Source: Octopus vulgaris
Taxonomy: Eukaryota
Assembly: GCA_951406725.2 (NCBI GenBank)
Contig: OX597817.1
Span: 107,322,001 to 107,386,000, forward strand
Length of the DNA stretch: 64,000 nucleotides
Reading direction: 5' to 3'
This document shows, in pieces, positions 11,831 through 25,440 of this stretch. Both the position numbers and the translations under genes were made by a program. Under the pieces are notes generated by a model, which saw only the letters and a program-made list of their open reading frames with translations, had not been told where the DNA came from and searched no databases. The first letter of the stretch is position 1. Every line of letters starts with the position of its first letter.

Positions 11831-12195
11831 AAATGAAGGATAAAAGATGCAACGTTGCGATTGATATTCCAAAAGGAACTTATGATAAAGACAAATGGTG
11901 AAGTGTAAGAGCAGCTAAATAAATACATGAAGTTTACATCCAAATCGTTAAGATATAGCCATGAATAGCTAGAAAAATTAAGTAGTCCCAGGCCAACTGT
12001 TCAGTGTTGTAAATTCCCAAGTCAAATTTGGTTTGGTATCTTTGATAATTAAGACGTAATAGAAGACGAAATTTTATCCACAAGATAAAAAAGTTTTTCT
12101 AAACGTATAGAAAATACTAAGATGTGCAGGGAATAAAAATAGACAATTTTATTTTGTCAGGGTGACCAGTATTTGCTAAGACGGATAGAAACTAC

Positions 12196-13120
12196 AGTAA
12201 CGACCGATTTATCAGTTATTCTCACCAGTGGTTATAAGCCAACGCTGCCAAATCAGAACAAACATCTCGTGGAGCAAGCGCTTATAAAAATGTTTGAGTA
12301 AAGTTATGAAAGGAAAAAAGCTAAGAATCCAAATATCTTTATTAAGGATTTCATAATAAGAAATTTCTTCTTCCTATCGGCATGTAGTGGATCTTGCATG
12401 CATGAAGTGGATTCGATCCACCATAGCCAAATTTAAACTTTTCCTACGGTGGAACAATGGTTTTTCTCTGACAACAGTTTTACATTTTCCAAATGCCTTT
12501 AGCTAGGCCGAAATAATATCTTCACCTCTTGACCCTTTCTAATCTCTTCTATTTCACCAAAAGCTAGAATAGAGATAACAAGACCACCAACTAAATATAT
12601 TGTTCTCAATGATATATCTATCCTTCTGGATAGTTATAAAAGAAAGAACACCCCTAGCAAAAATCAGTCGGTGACGACTCAACGAGTTCAGTCACATGGT
12701 GACGACTCAACCAAGTAGTCACTTGGCGACAACTGAACGAGGTGGCTCGTAACGACTCAAGGAACGGACTGCTAGAATCATGATCACAAGGAATGCAGTT
12801 ACTAAAGATAATGGTCAGCGAGAGAAAGGAAATTTATTGTCAGCAACTGTGAGACAATGTCCTACAACCCTACAACTTTCACTAGCTTTAATTCTGTTCT
12901 CTTACAACATCCTTCTACTCTCTCCGCAATTACTACTAAACAATGAAGAGGAACACAAACACAAACTTTCCTTCGCATGTTTTTGGATTTATCATAATCT
13001 GACCGTCGAGGGAAGGTATTGTAACGTAACGGTAAATAAATACTTTCTTAAAACTTCATGCATTGTTCATCTTTCACATCCTACAGTATGCAATTATAAC
13101 AACAATTTTTTATCGTTACA
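12196..13120 (+). mobile_element. LTR of a Ty3/gypsy-type retrotransposon
   Basis: Termini (A)GTAACGA...TCGTTACA. Internal GACGACTCAA repeats (12670-12760), AATAAA near 13035, and a PBS-like TGTTGACTCCGAC right after the end. The 5' boundary is less certain. Confidence 0.6.
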
Positions 13121-14889
13121 ACTGTTGACTCCGACATTTCATAATATTGTTTACTAATCAATATCCCCCGTTACAATTGGTAACTGCACGAATTAAAACC
13201 TAACAGTTACAAACTGGCGACCCCAACGTTGCACCATAACAGGTATCGCTACAAAAATAAAACTTCATCGCTTACAATTGGTGAACCCGTGTAAAGAGAA
13301 TTACTACCTTCCGATGCTAGATGCCGCTGCATTTTTTGCTGATTCAAACTAAAGAGCTAGAATATCTACAGTCGCTAAACATATTTACCGTTACAGGCAT
13401 GTTGTTTAGAATTAAGTCGCCAAGTTATTCAGATACATAAAACTGACAGAAAATTCAATAATATGTTAAGTATACAGTAATAACTGTTTCCTTGGCAATG
13501 ATTTCGTACAATGATAATATACATAACTCGTACTTGTTTTACCGACTCCAGGAGAATAAAAGACAAATTCGATACCAGAGGTGGTTGAACACAGAATGTG
13601 GAAAGATAGAACTACACTCTGTAAGCCATTTCATATACAGTTTTACAGTTCCCACGGCTTTACTACTTCATCCACACAATAACAAACTTCTTAAATTGAT
13701 ACAGTTTCTTAAAACAACCGCATTATGTTTATTGTAATATTTAATTTTAGCAAACACAAAGGGATGAATGATTAAGTCGACTACAGTGATAGAAACTACA
13801 AAACTGAAACAAAGAATGAAATACATTTACTCCGAAGCTTTACTGCCTCTGCCTCTCTTTTAACTTATCCTCATAACAGTAGCATCAGGTTATAGCTAAT
13901 AATTCTTATTTTACCGACTCCGAGAAATAAAAAGATAAAGGTGACGCCAAGGTTAGGTGAACTGAGAAGGTGGCGAGATAGAACTAAACACAATGTTATG
14001 GGATCTTCGATCTCTTTGTGACGAAGAAAAATAGAAGAAAAAACATGCACAAGATTTCAATAACCATAAAATAATACATATTACTATGTGTAGCAAATCG
14101 CATTCTCACTGTAAATTGAATGTAGCATGCATCAATTGAATTCCGAATACATACACAAAAATGCTGTACTGCACCTGAATCACACCTCGTGTGAACCTAA
14201 AAAACTTTGTTGAAATGAGAGAGGTAAAAATAGAGACATAATAAATTTAAAAACAATATTTTAAAACGTTTTTGAAATATGTTTCTTTTCTTTTTTACTT
14301 AGATTATCGCGTTCTTCTTCGTCGATTTATAAGAGTAATCTTAAAGTAAAACAATTGAAGCTGTTAGTGATATTAAATACTAAGTATTTTCCATTTAATA
14401 TACTTTCTGATTTCCATTTTCTTGAAATTATTTCTCTCATCTCATATATACACTCTCTCACATGCATACATACTCTAAAACATTTCCATTTATAACATTG
14501 TCATTATCTTAACTCGTCGCTTTTCATGCCCCATTTTTTTCATATCGCAAATATTTACAAGTTTTAAAATGATTGTAAGATACATTTTCCCCTTCAGTCT
14601 GAAACAGAGTGGCGTTAATCTATTTCCGTATATGCTTATTTGTTTATTTTTTAAGATGTTGTGGCTATAATCAGTTGTTGCTGTTGGTGTGCAGCCCTAG
14701 AGCCGAACAGAACTGTGGCACGAAGGTAGTCGCCCAAATGATTAGATGAGGTCCACAGCTCCATAACTCCGGATTTGCCATACATCTCTCTAGGTGAAGA
14801 CCATAGTTCATCTTCTGATATGGAGTTTGTGGTGATACTTTACAATTGTCTTCTGAGTATGTTTTATATATATATATATGTCATTAATG

Positions 14890-15480
14890 TAAGGTTGTAA
14901 GAAATTGTGCAGCTGTATCATGAAGTGTGAGAGAAAAGGTATTTGTAATGTCTTTTGTGTTGTGTGCTTGCGTGTATTTTCAGGAGTGTGGGAACGTCAA
15001 GTATGTACAGATTAAAGAGAGTGAGAGAGAGAGAGAGAGAGGAAAGCTCCCGTAACATTACATGCAAGAATTTATAGATTGTCGTTGTGTTTTGACTACC
15101 TTAGAGGTAGTTCACGAGGCAAATTTGTCATTATCATTTGTGCATAAGTGGCTTGGGAAGAATGGGGTCAAAAGCTTTGCTAATGTCGGCAGAAGTTAGA
15201 ATGGTTCTTGTAAGAGGCTGTTGTTGAAGTAAGTCTTATATATTTTGTGTAAAGCTGTGGAGTTCCAACGCATTTTTAGCCTGTATATACAAAATTACAT
15301 TAGGGTGCGAATCAATGGAGATTTGGATACTATTTTTAGCAGGTTGGGTTATCACATAGAAATTCTTTGATGAGGTGTTGTTCGAGAGGAATGGCCTGAA
15401 TTCATTTTGTGCTTCGGAAAAGGTAATACGACGGTTAGTAATATCAGGTGTTCTTAGAAACTGTTTATGATTATGCAACG
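14890..15480 (-). pseudogene. Degenerate non-LTR (LINE) reverse transcriptase relic
   Basis: Minus strand FTQNI*DLLQQQPLTRTILTSADISKAFDP (DxSKAFD motif), followed by a decayed YADD-region (NTKDITNT...DTAAQ). Confidence 0.7.
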
Positions 15481-15565
15481 GCAAATGATTAACGTGTGTC
15501 ATATGAGTATTTAAGGATTAAAAGTTGCTTTTCTGGCAAAAAGAACCCCGTCTGTATGTACATAC

Positions 15566-15646
<81 letters not shown>

Positions 15647-15654
15647 ACCTCGTG

Positions 15655-15843
15655 TGTACCGTTGCCGATTTTTTTCCCCTCTGTTTTCCCTTCTCTGGGT
15701 CTTTCCTTCTCCTATGTTTCCGACAAAGTGCTCCGCTCGAAACGTTAAACCCTGCTTTCCTTCTTTCCTGAGCGTCCAATAATACTATATTTGTTCCACG
15801 TCCTCGCGTTGTTGTGTTTTTTTGTGCTTTCTTGTTTGGATTA

Positions 15844-15850
<7 letters not shown>
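15655..15850 (+). mobile_element. (TA)n-embedded PLE-like terminal repeat with hammerhead-like motif
   Basis: GTTT-CCGACAAA-GTGC-TCC-GCTC-GAAACGTT-AAAC at about 15716-15750. Its 3' part recurs inverted at 36780-36870. Confidence 0.55.
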
Positions 15851-15884
<34 letters not shown>

Positions 15885-17162
15885 CTTGCTATGCGAGTAC
15901 ATCTCCCTATATATATATATACATATATATATATACATATATATGTATGTATATGTATATATATATATATAGATATAGATATACACACACACACTACAAA
16001 TAAACTCTGTAATTTCTTAAATAATTGTATGTGTGTGTGTGTGTGTGTGTGTGCTAACCAACGAATTACGAATTAACTAACAAGAAGATATGTGTGTGGT
16101 CGCTTTTAAAAGTCCCCCCGAAGCCCCGTCTTAAAAAGGTATTATAATATTAGATAATGTAGTTCGTAAAATATAAAGAAGGCGGAAGAATTACGAATGG
16201 AATTCCTTTGATAAGAAGTTTGCTTAGTCAGGACTGACTTGCAGCTAAGCAAGAATATTGAACAAGGTAATGTTTAAATATATTTGCAGTCATGGCATAA
16301 TGCGATGTACCTTTTATATTATTTATATGCAATTAAGTAGACTGAGCAAACAAAAGGTGTCTTGGCCAGAGATACTGGGAAGATCGTGGGATATGAACTT
16401 AACCGTTTAGTTGTTGCTGCTGATGCTGTTTAGCCCTACGTCAACCGTTGACAAGGAGACCTATGATTAAAATCTTTTTTTTTGTCTCGTATGACATAAA
16501 CGAATGTGTCTTTCTTTTGTAATGACTGCAGAGTTTGATCTAAGGGATTTTTTGGCTGCTGTTTTTAGTAGTTCAAACGACTACACAGAGACTCTCGTTA
16601 TCTTGATGATGTTCTGCCAATTTGTATATTTATTAAAAACGATAATAATTTTTTATCACATATTAGGATGATGATTCAACTGGATTATCTTCTATGATCG
16701 CAGGCATCACCAACTCTTCATATATTTAATTAACGTCAGAACAGGAGATAAAGTAAGTTGCTTACCTCTACGTCTTAACCTTACAAGTAATTAGCCATGT
16801 GAGTGAAAGAGCTGTAGTTGAACCAATTAGCAGTTGACAGATAATTGTTTTAGTTTTCTATGAGCTACCCAATTACTCTACGATGGTCGTCGGCTGATCT
16901 TATAGAAGTTATCTCCAACAAGCATTTTAAATTTTAAAATGCCTAGATGAAGTTTTTGTTAATCATTTGCATGGATAATCTCACATAAGTGAAGGTTTCA
17001 ACTCGCTATATTATATGCAACTATATTACAAGAGCGTGTATTTTGTACGCCGAACGCTCTCCTAAAGTACTTCTCTCAACCATATTAAAGATATTCATCA
17101 TGAGTGTCATTACATAGCCTCAATTTTTATCTATATAACGAGCCTTTTTAAATCTTTCCAAC

Positions 17163-17219
17163 GGAGTAGAATATGCTTATCGGAGGAGGTCTAATAAGAC
17201 CGAAACATGTCTCCACTCC
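17163..17219 (+). ncRNA. Minimal hammerhead-ribozyme-like motif (degenerate)
   Basis: CGGAGGA-GGTCT-AATA-AGACC-GAAAC-AT-GTC: perfect 5-bp stem II, palindromic ACATGT stem III and a GUC site. Stem I GGAGTAGA/TCCACTCC is displaced by 10 nt. Confidence 0.45.
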
Positions 17220-17635
17220 CATCTGTATCGTCTTTATTTTCCAAAAAATTTAATTACATAATCTTATTGAAGTTACCTTTCTTCGTTGTTGTTTTTAGAT
17301 TGTAGCTATCCCTAGAGGGAAATTTTGTCTATTAATTACATAGCTAATCTCAGTTAATCAAAGTCTTCAACTTACTATATTACGTGTGTGAAACTCTACT
17401 ATATGTATAATGATCTGGTCTGTCACCCATGTCTGGTTGATAATCTCCAAAGGTCCCTCTCTGAAGTTGCAGCTTCCTATTTATTATTTTAACTGTTTTC
17501 ATAAACATTGAGGCCAGTCAACGAATCTGGACTTTGAGTTATCGATGTTTACATGATGCGAATAACAACTTGCCATAAAATCCTTTTGCGTGTGTTCAGG
17601 TTTCTGTTCAGGTTTCTGAGTAAAATACTCACATA

Positions 17636-18000
17636 TGGCGCAGGCGTGGCTATGTGGTAAGTAGCTTGCTTTCCAACAACATGATTCCGAGTTCAGTCTC
17701 TCTGTATGTAGCCCTGTGAATGGATTTAGTTGAAGGAAACTGAGAGAAACGCGTCGTAATATACATATATGTGTGTGTGTTTGTGTTTGTGCGCGCGTCT
17801 TTGTGTCTATGTTTAACCGCTTGACAACTGATATTGGTTTATTTACGTCCCCGTAACTTAGGGTTTCGGGAAAAGAGACCAAAAAGTATTAAGCTTTAAA
17901 AAAAATTGTACTGGGATCAATTCGTTCGACTAAAACAAAAAAAAATTCAAGGCAATGAACGAGAATAGTTGCAAACTAATGACTGAAATATAAGATAAAA
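17636..18000 (+). mobile_element. Family A SINE with tail
   Basis: GGCGCAGGCGTGGCTATGTGGTAAGTAGCTTGCTTTCC head and GTCCCCGTAACTTAG tail. Confidence 0.8.
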
Positions 18001-19784
18001 GAAGATAGGTAATGACTGAAATCGTAATGATTCACATATATGAGACCTAGTCACGGACGGGAATGCCTAAACCGATACAAACATACGAAACAAAATGCCT
18101 TTAGCCAATTTTCAAGTTTGTCTTAGGCAACTCGGGTAATAGCCTTGTAGCCTATGTAAATGCTGAAATTTATATTGGATCTAGCAATTTTATATTAGTT
18201 CCACACAAGGACATGGAACGTTTCAAAGTACCTTGACGTTGATTTCTATATCGGGAAAACTTGATTTGGTGATAAATAAAGAGAAAAGCCACAGATTTGT
18301 GATCAATCTACATAGGAGGAAAACTAAGACTCTGCGAGCAGCCAATAAGCCTTTAGGTGGTCGCTTGATCTGGTAGAAATGGAAGCTAAATCTCCCTCAT
18401 AACTCTTACTATTTAAAAAAGAAAAGACACATTGAATGGTGTTGTACTGGATATATTATGACTAAATACAAATAGGAATGTCATAACTGGAATGGTGATG
18501 AATATAGATTTTCTTAAAACAAGTATGACATAGGCTTAAACAGCTACAATATTAAGATACTGCAAATGTCAGTTTATGGTCTGTTTATGATTATTTCAAC
18601 CTATGACGTCACAGAAATTTCTACGGAGTCATTTACCCCTTGCTATAGCTTGCTTTCATTACTAGCAGATAATATGAATATATATTATGGTTTTGAATAT
18701 ACATTACAGCTTTAGTGCAGAAGTGCGCTATAATGATGTGCAGTTGTGTATTTACAATGTGATATAATGATTGATGCGTGGTTCTAATAATTTCTTATTT
18801 CCAGAGGATGTTAATTTATACCTTACGAACCTAATTTATTCCAATATTTCCACACGAGCTATTTATTTGATTTAATCTCTTCGCCTAGCACCGCGTGTAG
18901 ATATATTTCTTTCTAGACGACTGCTTCCGTATTTTTTCTGACCTGATCGCCGTACATGTCCAGTGTAAAAGTATGGCCTTAACGTTGAATGAAATAAAAT
19001 ATAATTATTTTCCGCGTATGTTGCTGAAATATGGTAATAGATGAGAGAACTGTATTGTAAAAAGAAAACGAAAAATATAAATTTCTAACACAAGACTAGA
19101 TATTTAGGAGGAGGACAATCGATTACATCTAATCAGAACTTGAATAACACATAATTTACCGCTCTTGGTAAGATTCGAACTCAAAGCGTAAAAAGATTTA
19201 TCTAAATACTGTCATGCATTTAGGCCAGCACTAATGCTCATGACGCAAACTGCTAATTATAAGATAATAATTTATTTTCGAACTCCGTTAGAACAACAGA
19301 AATATTGGGTAAATTACCCTGGCAAAGCGAAAAAAATTGTCAACAAACAGCCATGGTACTCAAACCCGCATCCCTCGAAGACTCCAGTTGAGAGCATTAC
19401 CATTAAGCTAAACTGCCCGCTGACGAATTAATGCGCAATTTTAAACGCAATAAAGTTAAATGCACAACTAGGTGTATATAAATATAAACAAACTAACATT
19501 TGTTTTTATAAGCGTCGAAATATGTATTGTAAGATACAAGTACGATGATAATATATTATCGAACGCAGAAACGCCGTTAGAACTGTAGAAATATTGGGTA
19601 AATTATAAAGTTTTCAATGTTTTTGCCACAAGTGCTCAGTGTTCATGCAACAACGTGTTAAAGAAAATGGTTATGTGGAAATGTACACACATAATCATTA
19701 AAATGAGAGGTGGGGCAAAAACGATATATAATTTATTAAGGCATACATAAAGTTGAACAAAATGCACAAATAAATACATAAATA

Positions 19785-19995
19785 TTGGTTTCAAATTTTG
19801 GCACAAGGCGAGCAATTTCGGAGCGGATGGGGGTGTAAGCCGATTACGTTGATACCAATATTTAACTGGTACTTATTTTATCGATCTTCAAAGGCAAAGT
19901 CGATCTCGGCGAAATTTGAACTCAGAACGTAAAGACGGACGAAATGGCGCTACGCATTTTGCCTGGCATGCTAACGATTCTGCCAGCTCACCGCC
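19785..19995 (-). mobile_element. Family B SINE
   Basis: GGCGGTGAGCTGGCAGAATCGTTAGC head on the minus strand. Confidence 0.85.
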
Positions 19996-20915
19996 TTGAT
20001 AAAAAAATACATAAATATTAATAAAACAAATGCAAATAAAGTACAAATAAATAACAAATAAAGAAAATAAGAATAAACCACCTGTATGCAATGGCGAAGC
20101 GGCTGCCAAATAGGCCGGATCATAGTAGTCCATAAATCGGATCGCTTTTCAACCTTGGAACTGCGAACTGATATAACTAAAAGTACTCGTGCACATAGGT
20201 ACTTTGTTGAACGTAACAAGAAGCACCTTACGTTCTGTTTCAGGTGACCACCGACTATCGGCATTGTTTTTAGTTATAGTTTTGAATTCCAGTCTTGTTT
20301 CCTCGTCCTAAATCAGCACATCTTAATTTTCTTAAAGGCCATTCAAACAACTGTGAATCTCAAGTCATCCCAGATGTGAGTATGGTGGTTTCCTCTACAT
20401 AGTGTTACAAATCTTCGACTTAGAGCTCAATTTCCTTTTCTTTTGTGTTTCTTGTAGCATCGGCGACAATTTCCCTCTCCTTCTTAGCCTCCATTTTCTA
20501 CCTGTTATCACGAGACAATAGAATGGTACTCTTAGAAGGCTCTCTCTCGACTTCTTGGTGGTCGACTCCTAGCATTGAAGGCAACCACTTTCGGAGTTGC
20601 GAGCATGGTACTCTGAAAACAACAGTTTCTGTGGCTTGTCGTCGTTGTCACCGTTGTCGTTGATATTGTTGTTACTGCTGCTGCTGCTGTTGTTGTTGGT
20701 GTTAGTGTTGGTGTTACTACTTTTGCTGTTGACCATTTTCTTTGTTTCGCTGCTTCTCCAGCTCCTCTGTATAGTAAGCCCTCAAGTGTCTCTTGCCGCC
20801 ACACATATAGCAACTGAACTTTCTATCTGCGAGTTTAATTACTTTCCTTTCCAAGATAGCTTTGTGGTTTTCGAGTCATCAGGAATTGCAACCTCATATA
20901 GATTTCTCCCGACCA

Positions 20916-23061
20916 TTCCTTTTGAAAGCCAGATTTTCCTAGTTAACTAAACAATTTGAAACTTCGTATACTGGTAGAATGTGTCAAAAGAAAACATAAT
21001 TGTAAACCAAAATGAAAACGGAATTGTAATTTCTAAGTTTAACGTTGTTTAAAAATTCGAATTTTAACCAATGATATTCTTTCTTTCGGCCTCATATTAT
21101 TTACTGCTTCTCAAAATATTGTTACTGTGACGTAAACAGCTATTTTGTGACGTAGTTAACATAGCTAAAATGTAAACATCACCGTCCCATATAACAAAGT
21201 CCTAAACAGACAGAATAATAAAAAAAATACGGCGGGCTTTCGAAATAGCTGTGGAGAATAAAATGAAATTTCGATGGTAAATTTTTGGAGGGTTTCGGTA
21301 ATTTTCGTCACTCTAAAATACATGTAATTCGCATTAAATCTTATTTTTCTGAAAAATCCACGTTTTGAAACATTTTAACTGCCCACCACTTCATCGTGCC
21401 TTTGGAGTAGGTGTCACACTTGGGATGGTCAAACCTAGAATACCTTTCATCATAGGTAATTGCTTGGAGTTCACCTTGAGAGCTAAAACTATATATTTAG
21501 TTTCGATATAAAAAATAAAATTGCACAAAATTTTGACACAAGACCAACAATTTGGGAGGAGGGGTTAATCGATTACATTGACTGGTACTTAATTGATCAT
21601 GAAAGGTAAAGTCGACGACGACGGTAACGTGAGGAGTCGGAAGAAATGCCACAAGGTATTTTGTCCGACGCACGAACGATTCTGCCAGCTTGCCCCACCC
21701 CCTTCCTTAATAATATTTCTTTCCCCAGTAAGTACAAGGCCTGAAGCTGATGGGAAGAACTAGTCGATTGTATTCAACTGGTACTTATTCTATAAGCGCC
21801 GCCCGAAAGAAGGAAAGCTCAGCAATATTCGAACACGGAACGTAAAGATTCGTAAGAAATGACGCTAGTCATTTTATCCGATGCACCACCGATTCTGCCA
21901 GCTTTACATTATATTTTTCGTCGAAGTTTAACTATGTCACCTTGATGATATATTTTTACGCGTGGACAAATAATAGAGAGATAATGTGGATCAGATGATA
22001 TTACATACTGACAAGGGCTTGGTAAAGGACTGTTAGAATGTTTAGGGATACGGTCCTATACGTTCGGGTTTCAACCCTCACCGGAATTCAAAACAAGCCG
22101 TCTGTTCTTCCACGGTCGAGAAAATACATCGATCAAGTATTGGAGATCAATATAAATGATTATACCCTCCACTCACCCCAAAATATATGCTTTGTGTCTA
22201 TAATCAATATTACAAATATATTGTTATTGTTATTTAACTCAGGTCATCCTGATAAACCCGGTTGAGGATCAAAGGGTTCCAACTATGACCAACCCGTATT
22301 TTTGTGCCCCCCCTTTTTTTCAGATATAGCATCTATGATTATATTAGCCAATGTACCCTTCCTTTAACCCAGTAGTATATGGTTTTAAGGGGATTTGGGT
22401 GTTATTCCTAGCACATCGACGAGCGAAAACGCAGAGGGGCCCTGATTATGTGCGAGTATGCGTATGGATGGGTACGTGTGTGTATGTGGGTGCATACAAG
22501 CCAAATATCCGGTTCAAGGCGTGTGTCAAACTGAAGAATCAAAGCGTGTGCACAAGTTTATAGTAATTATATACATTGTATAGAGAAAACACCCGAAGCC
22601 TATACAAAAACACTGAATATGTGTTTATTATTCATCCAAAGTAAACAGTACGGGTGTAGGCACGTTTGTTGTGCACATATATATGTATTGAAGACGAAAC
22701 GAATAATAATTTTATACAAAACGAATAACTTTCAAGTTCTATAAAGCAATGCAAACAATGGAAAATAATTTAAACACTAATTTCAAAAAGAATTTAGCTG
22801 TTTACGTTAACTACGTCACAAAACAGCTGTTTACGTTACAGTAACAATATGTTTAGACGGGGCAAATAATTTCAACTCAATACAGAGAATGCGATTGGTT
22901 AAAATTCGCAGATTTAAACTACGTTTAAACTTATAAAATACATTTTTGTCAAAAAAACTAGTTGAAATTATTATTTTCTTTTGACACATTCTACCAGTAT
23001 ACGAAGTTTCAAATTATTTAGTTAACTAGAAAAATCTGAAAAATCTGGCTTTCAAAAAGAA
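20916..23061. mobile_element. Non-autonomous DNA transposon with long (about 260 bp) terminal inverted repeats
   Basis: 20916-21170 (TTCCTTTTGAAAGCCAGATTTT..CTAGTTAACTAAA..GAAACTTCGTATACTGGTAGAATGTGTCAAAAG) is the reverse complement of about 22793-23061. The interior holds nested SINEs and no ORF. Confidence 0.7.
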
Positions 23062-23181
23062 AAGAATCCCATCCATTCCTACTACCAACCAGTACCGTTC
23101 CACAAAGGTGACGAAGAGCCAAGGCTCAATCTCGCTATCGATGTTTCTGATGGAGGAGGAGGAGGAGGAGGAGGAGAAGGA

Positions 23182-23220
<39 letters not shown>

Positions 23221-23299
23221 GAAGCCTGTATTATAATAAATAAACCCTTTGCTTTCATTTTGTAAAATATATTAGGCAAAACGAATCGGAAAATACCTT

Positions 23300-23841
23300 T
23301 GTAACGAAGAGCTTCCTGTATCCCCCCCACCCAAGGTACGAAACTTAGCCTACATTTTATCTTTCCTATTGTTCTCGGCTTTTGCAAAAATGAATGGATG
23401 TTAACTGTTATCCTATAATCTTAGGACAAGGCAGATAGAAGACAAAACAGCCTTTGCTTAGCCAGACCTAATTTAATTAGAAAAACTATAATACGGAACC
23501 CGAATTCGGTTCTATTTCTCTTTTCGCTTGTCCATTGGTCTAAGGGAGCATTTCATATATGGCCTATTAACACGCGACGACTCAACTCTCACACTCGCTA
23601 CTTGTCAACCAACAAACGGAGGTAAATCTTTTTTTTATTTTTCTCTTTTCTTCTTTCATCCGTTCTTTTAGCAGCTAACAAAAGATAAACTCAACTATCT
23701 ACTGAATGGATAACAGAACGCGCAAATATGTGTATAACAACTCGGAGAAGTTGTATCTTACATTGTAACGATAAAAATAAAAGGATATTTTAACCAATAA
23801 ATATTTTCCCCTCATTTATTTGCTACATACAAATTGTTACA
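23300..23841 (+). mobile_element. LTR (probably solo)
   Basis: TGTAAC...GTTACA termini and flanks ACCTT/AGCTT (near-TSD). Shares GACGACTCAAC and ATTGTAACG..AATAAA motifs with the 12.2-13.1 kb LTR. Confidence 0.65.
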
Positions 23842-25259
23842 AGCTTGGTGACCTTCCGTCACGAGAACTGCATTCCCTCTCCGTTAAATGCTGTAATAAT
23901 CATTATATGTTTGTTAACTGCTTAAACTTTCCTGAATTAACATTAGATTTTCGTAACCTCTCTGTTTCGTTTAAGAAGCTCTTCAATGACGTTTGTGCTG
24001 GCCTGTCAGAGATATTTAATGTGTTACTTTCGGATGGTTTACAAGAAGAGATTTTTTTTATTGTACTGGAAATCGATATCACTAACTGTAGGAAGTGAAT
24101 GCTTTATGTTAGGTTAATAGTGTTTACTAACTGAATTTTTATATCCGATTAATGATCGTTGAAGAAGTTAATAAATGAACGTTAAAATAGACATAAAAGA
24201 ATCCATTAGGTTACTTTTTACCCCATTTTCATTCACAACATCTACTGTTTATTAATATTGATTTTATACTGGTTGTTATGGTAACGAAATAAGATGTTTC
24301 AGGGCTTTGGCGTGAACGATTCTATCATCGTCGAGGCCTATTTGATCGCACAACACCAGGACGATAAGCTAATAAATCGCTGTTAATTTTTTAATTTTTA
24401 CCACTGCTTACAGTAATAATATTGTTGGCATGTGGTACATATTTACAATCAGATAGATTGCGCTGATGGAAGCTTAATGCTTTGGTCATAAACATATTGC
24501 ATTGCTAATGACGGAATTTGATCGATCGAACTTGTGGCATGTTATTCAGCAACATGTCTACTGATACAAGAGGAGCCTTCACGTGATAGCTCAATCTGCT
24601 ATATGTAGGAGTCAAATTTTCTTAAATCTCATCCGACTGTCTTAATGAAAAATGATACATATAATGTATGCTGAGTTTGATACAGATACAGTATTTCTAA
24701 CAGAAAATTACAGGACAGTCACGGTTGGAAAACCTCTGATCAATGCTATCCTTGGGCTAAATAGCAACAGCAACAACTGGGATTCTTATAAGTAACAATG
24801 TTATAAGACTATATTTTCGTGCATTGTTTTCGTTAATGACTTCCTTGATTGTTTCTGGACATTGATAAACGCAGAAGTTACTATTAATAAACATTCGCAC
24901 ATAATTATCGATTATACGATAGGCAAGTGCTAAAGAAGAAGACTTATCATTGAGACAACGTTCTTAAAATGTTCATTTACTGATCGATTCCAAGAGAGAC
25001 GGTATGACTCTTAATCATTTCAGAGTTTCAATGGGGTTTTAAGGAATAGAAAAACGTTTCTATGGAGATGTCCTAAGGAAATGTCATGTGTGGAAATAAA
25101 ATCAATATTTTCAAGGATATCATCTACAATAAGATGCCGCACGTTTCTTTCAGTTTTGTCTAATGGTATGTCTAAAGATTCTATCAATATATTTTGATTT
25201 TTCTAAAGGAAACTCGGCCGAGAAAGTGAACAGTCTCATTGTTGCTGTTATTAATGCTT

Positions 25260-25440
25260 TTTGTTGTTTAACTCCCTTGAGTAGACCTGTAATCAAAGGC
25301 ATTCTCGACATGATCATCTCGCCTTTGGTGGCTTACAATATCCAATGTGTACTTTTTATAAGATTGTACGGTAAGATTGGAGAGATTTGGATGCTATTTC
25401 TAACAGATCGCGTGGTCATGTAGCGCTTCCCTCATTGTTT
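25260..25440 (+). mobile_element. Old interspersed repeat family C (representative copy)
   Basis: TGTTGTTTAA..GATCAAAGGCATTCC..GAGATTTGG.TGCTATTTCTA motif. It also occurs near 1100, 2740, 16100, 16420, 18340, 22230, 24570, 32190, 41470, 44220, 48310, 53700 and 54380, on either strand. Confidence 0.6.

Noticed and set aside
12670-12760. Four spaced GACGACTCAA repeats resembling a mini CRISPR array
   Set aside because: Eukaryotic context, short degenerate repeats, spacers related to each other and no cas genes; they are internal LTR repeats.
20080-20620. Purine-skewed stretch possibly from an LTR-retrotransposon pol C-terminus
   Set aside because: Too degenerate; no diagnostic motif recovered.
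23846-23858. PBS-like TGGTGACC after the 23300-23841 LTR
   Set aside because: Ambiguous: it overlaps the near-TSD AGCTT and no internal region follows, so I do not call it.
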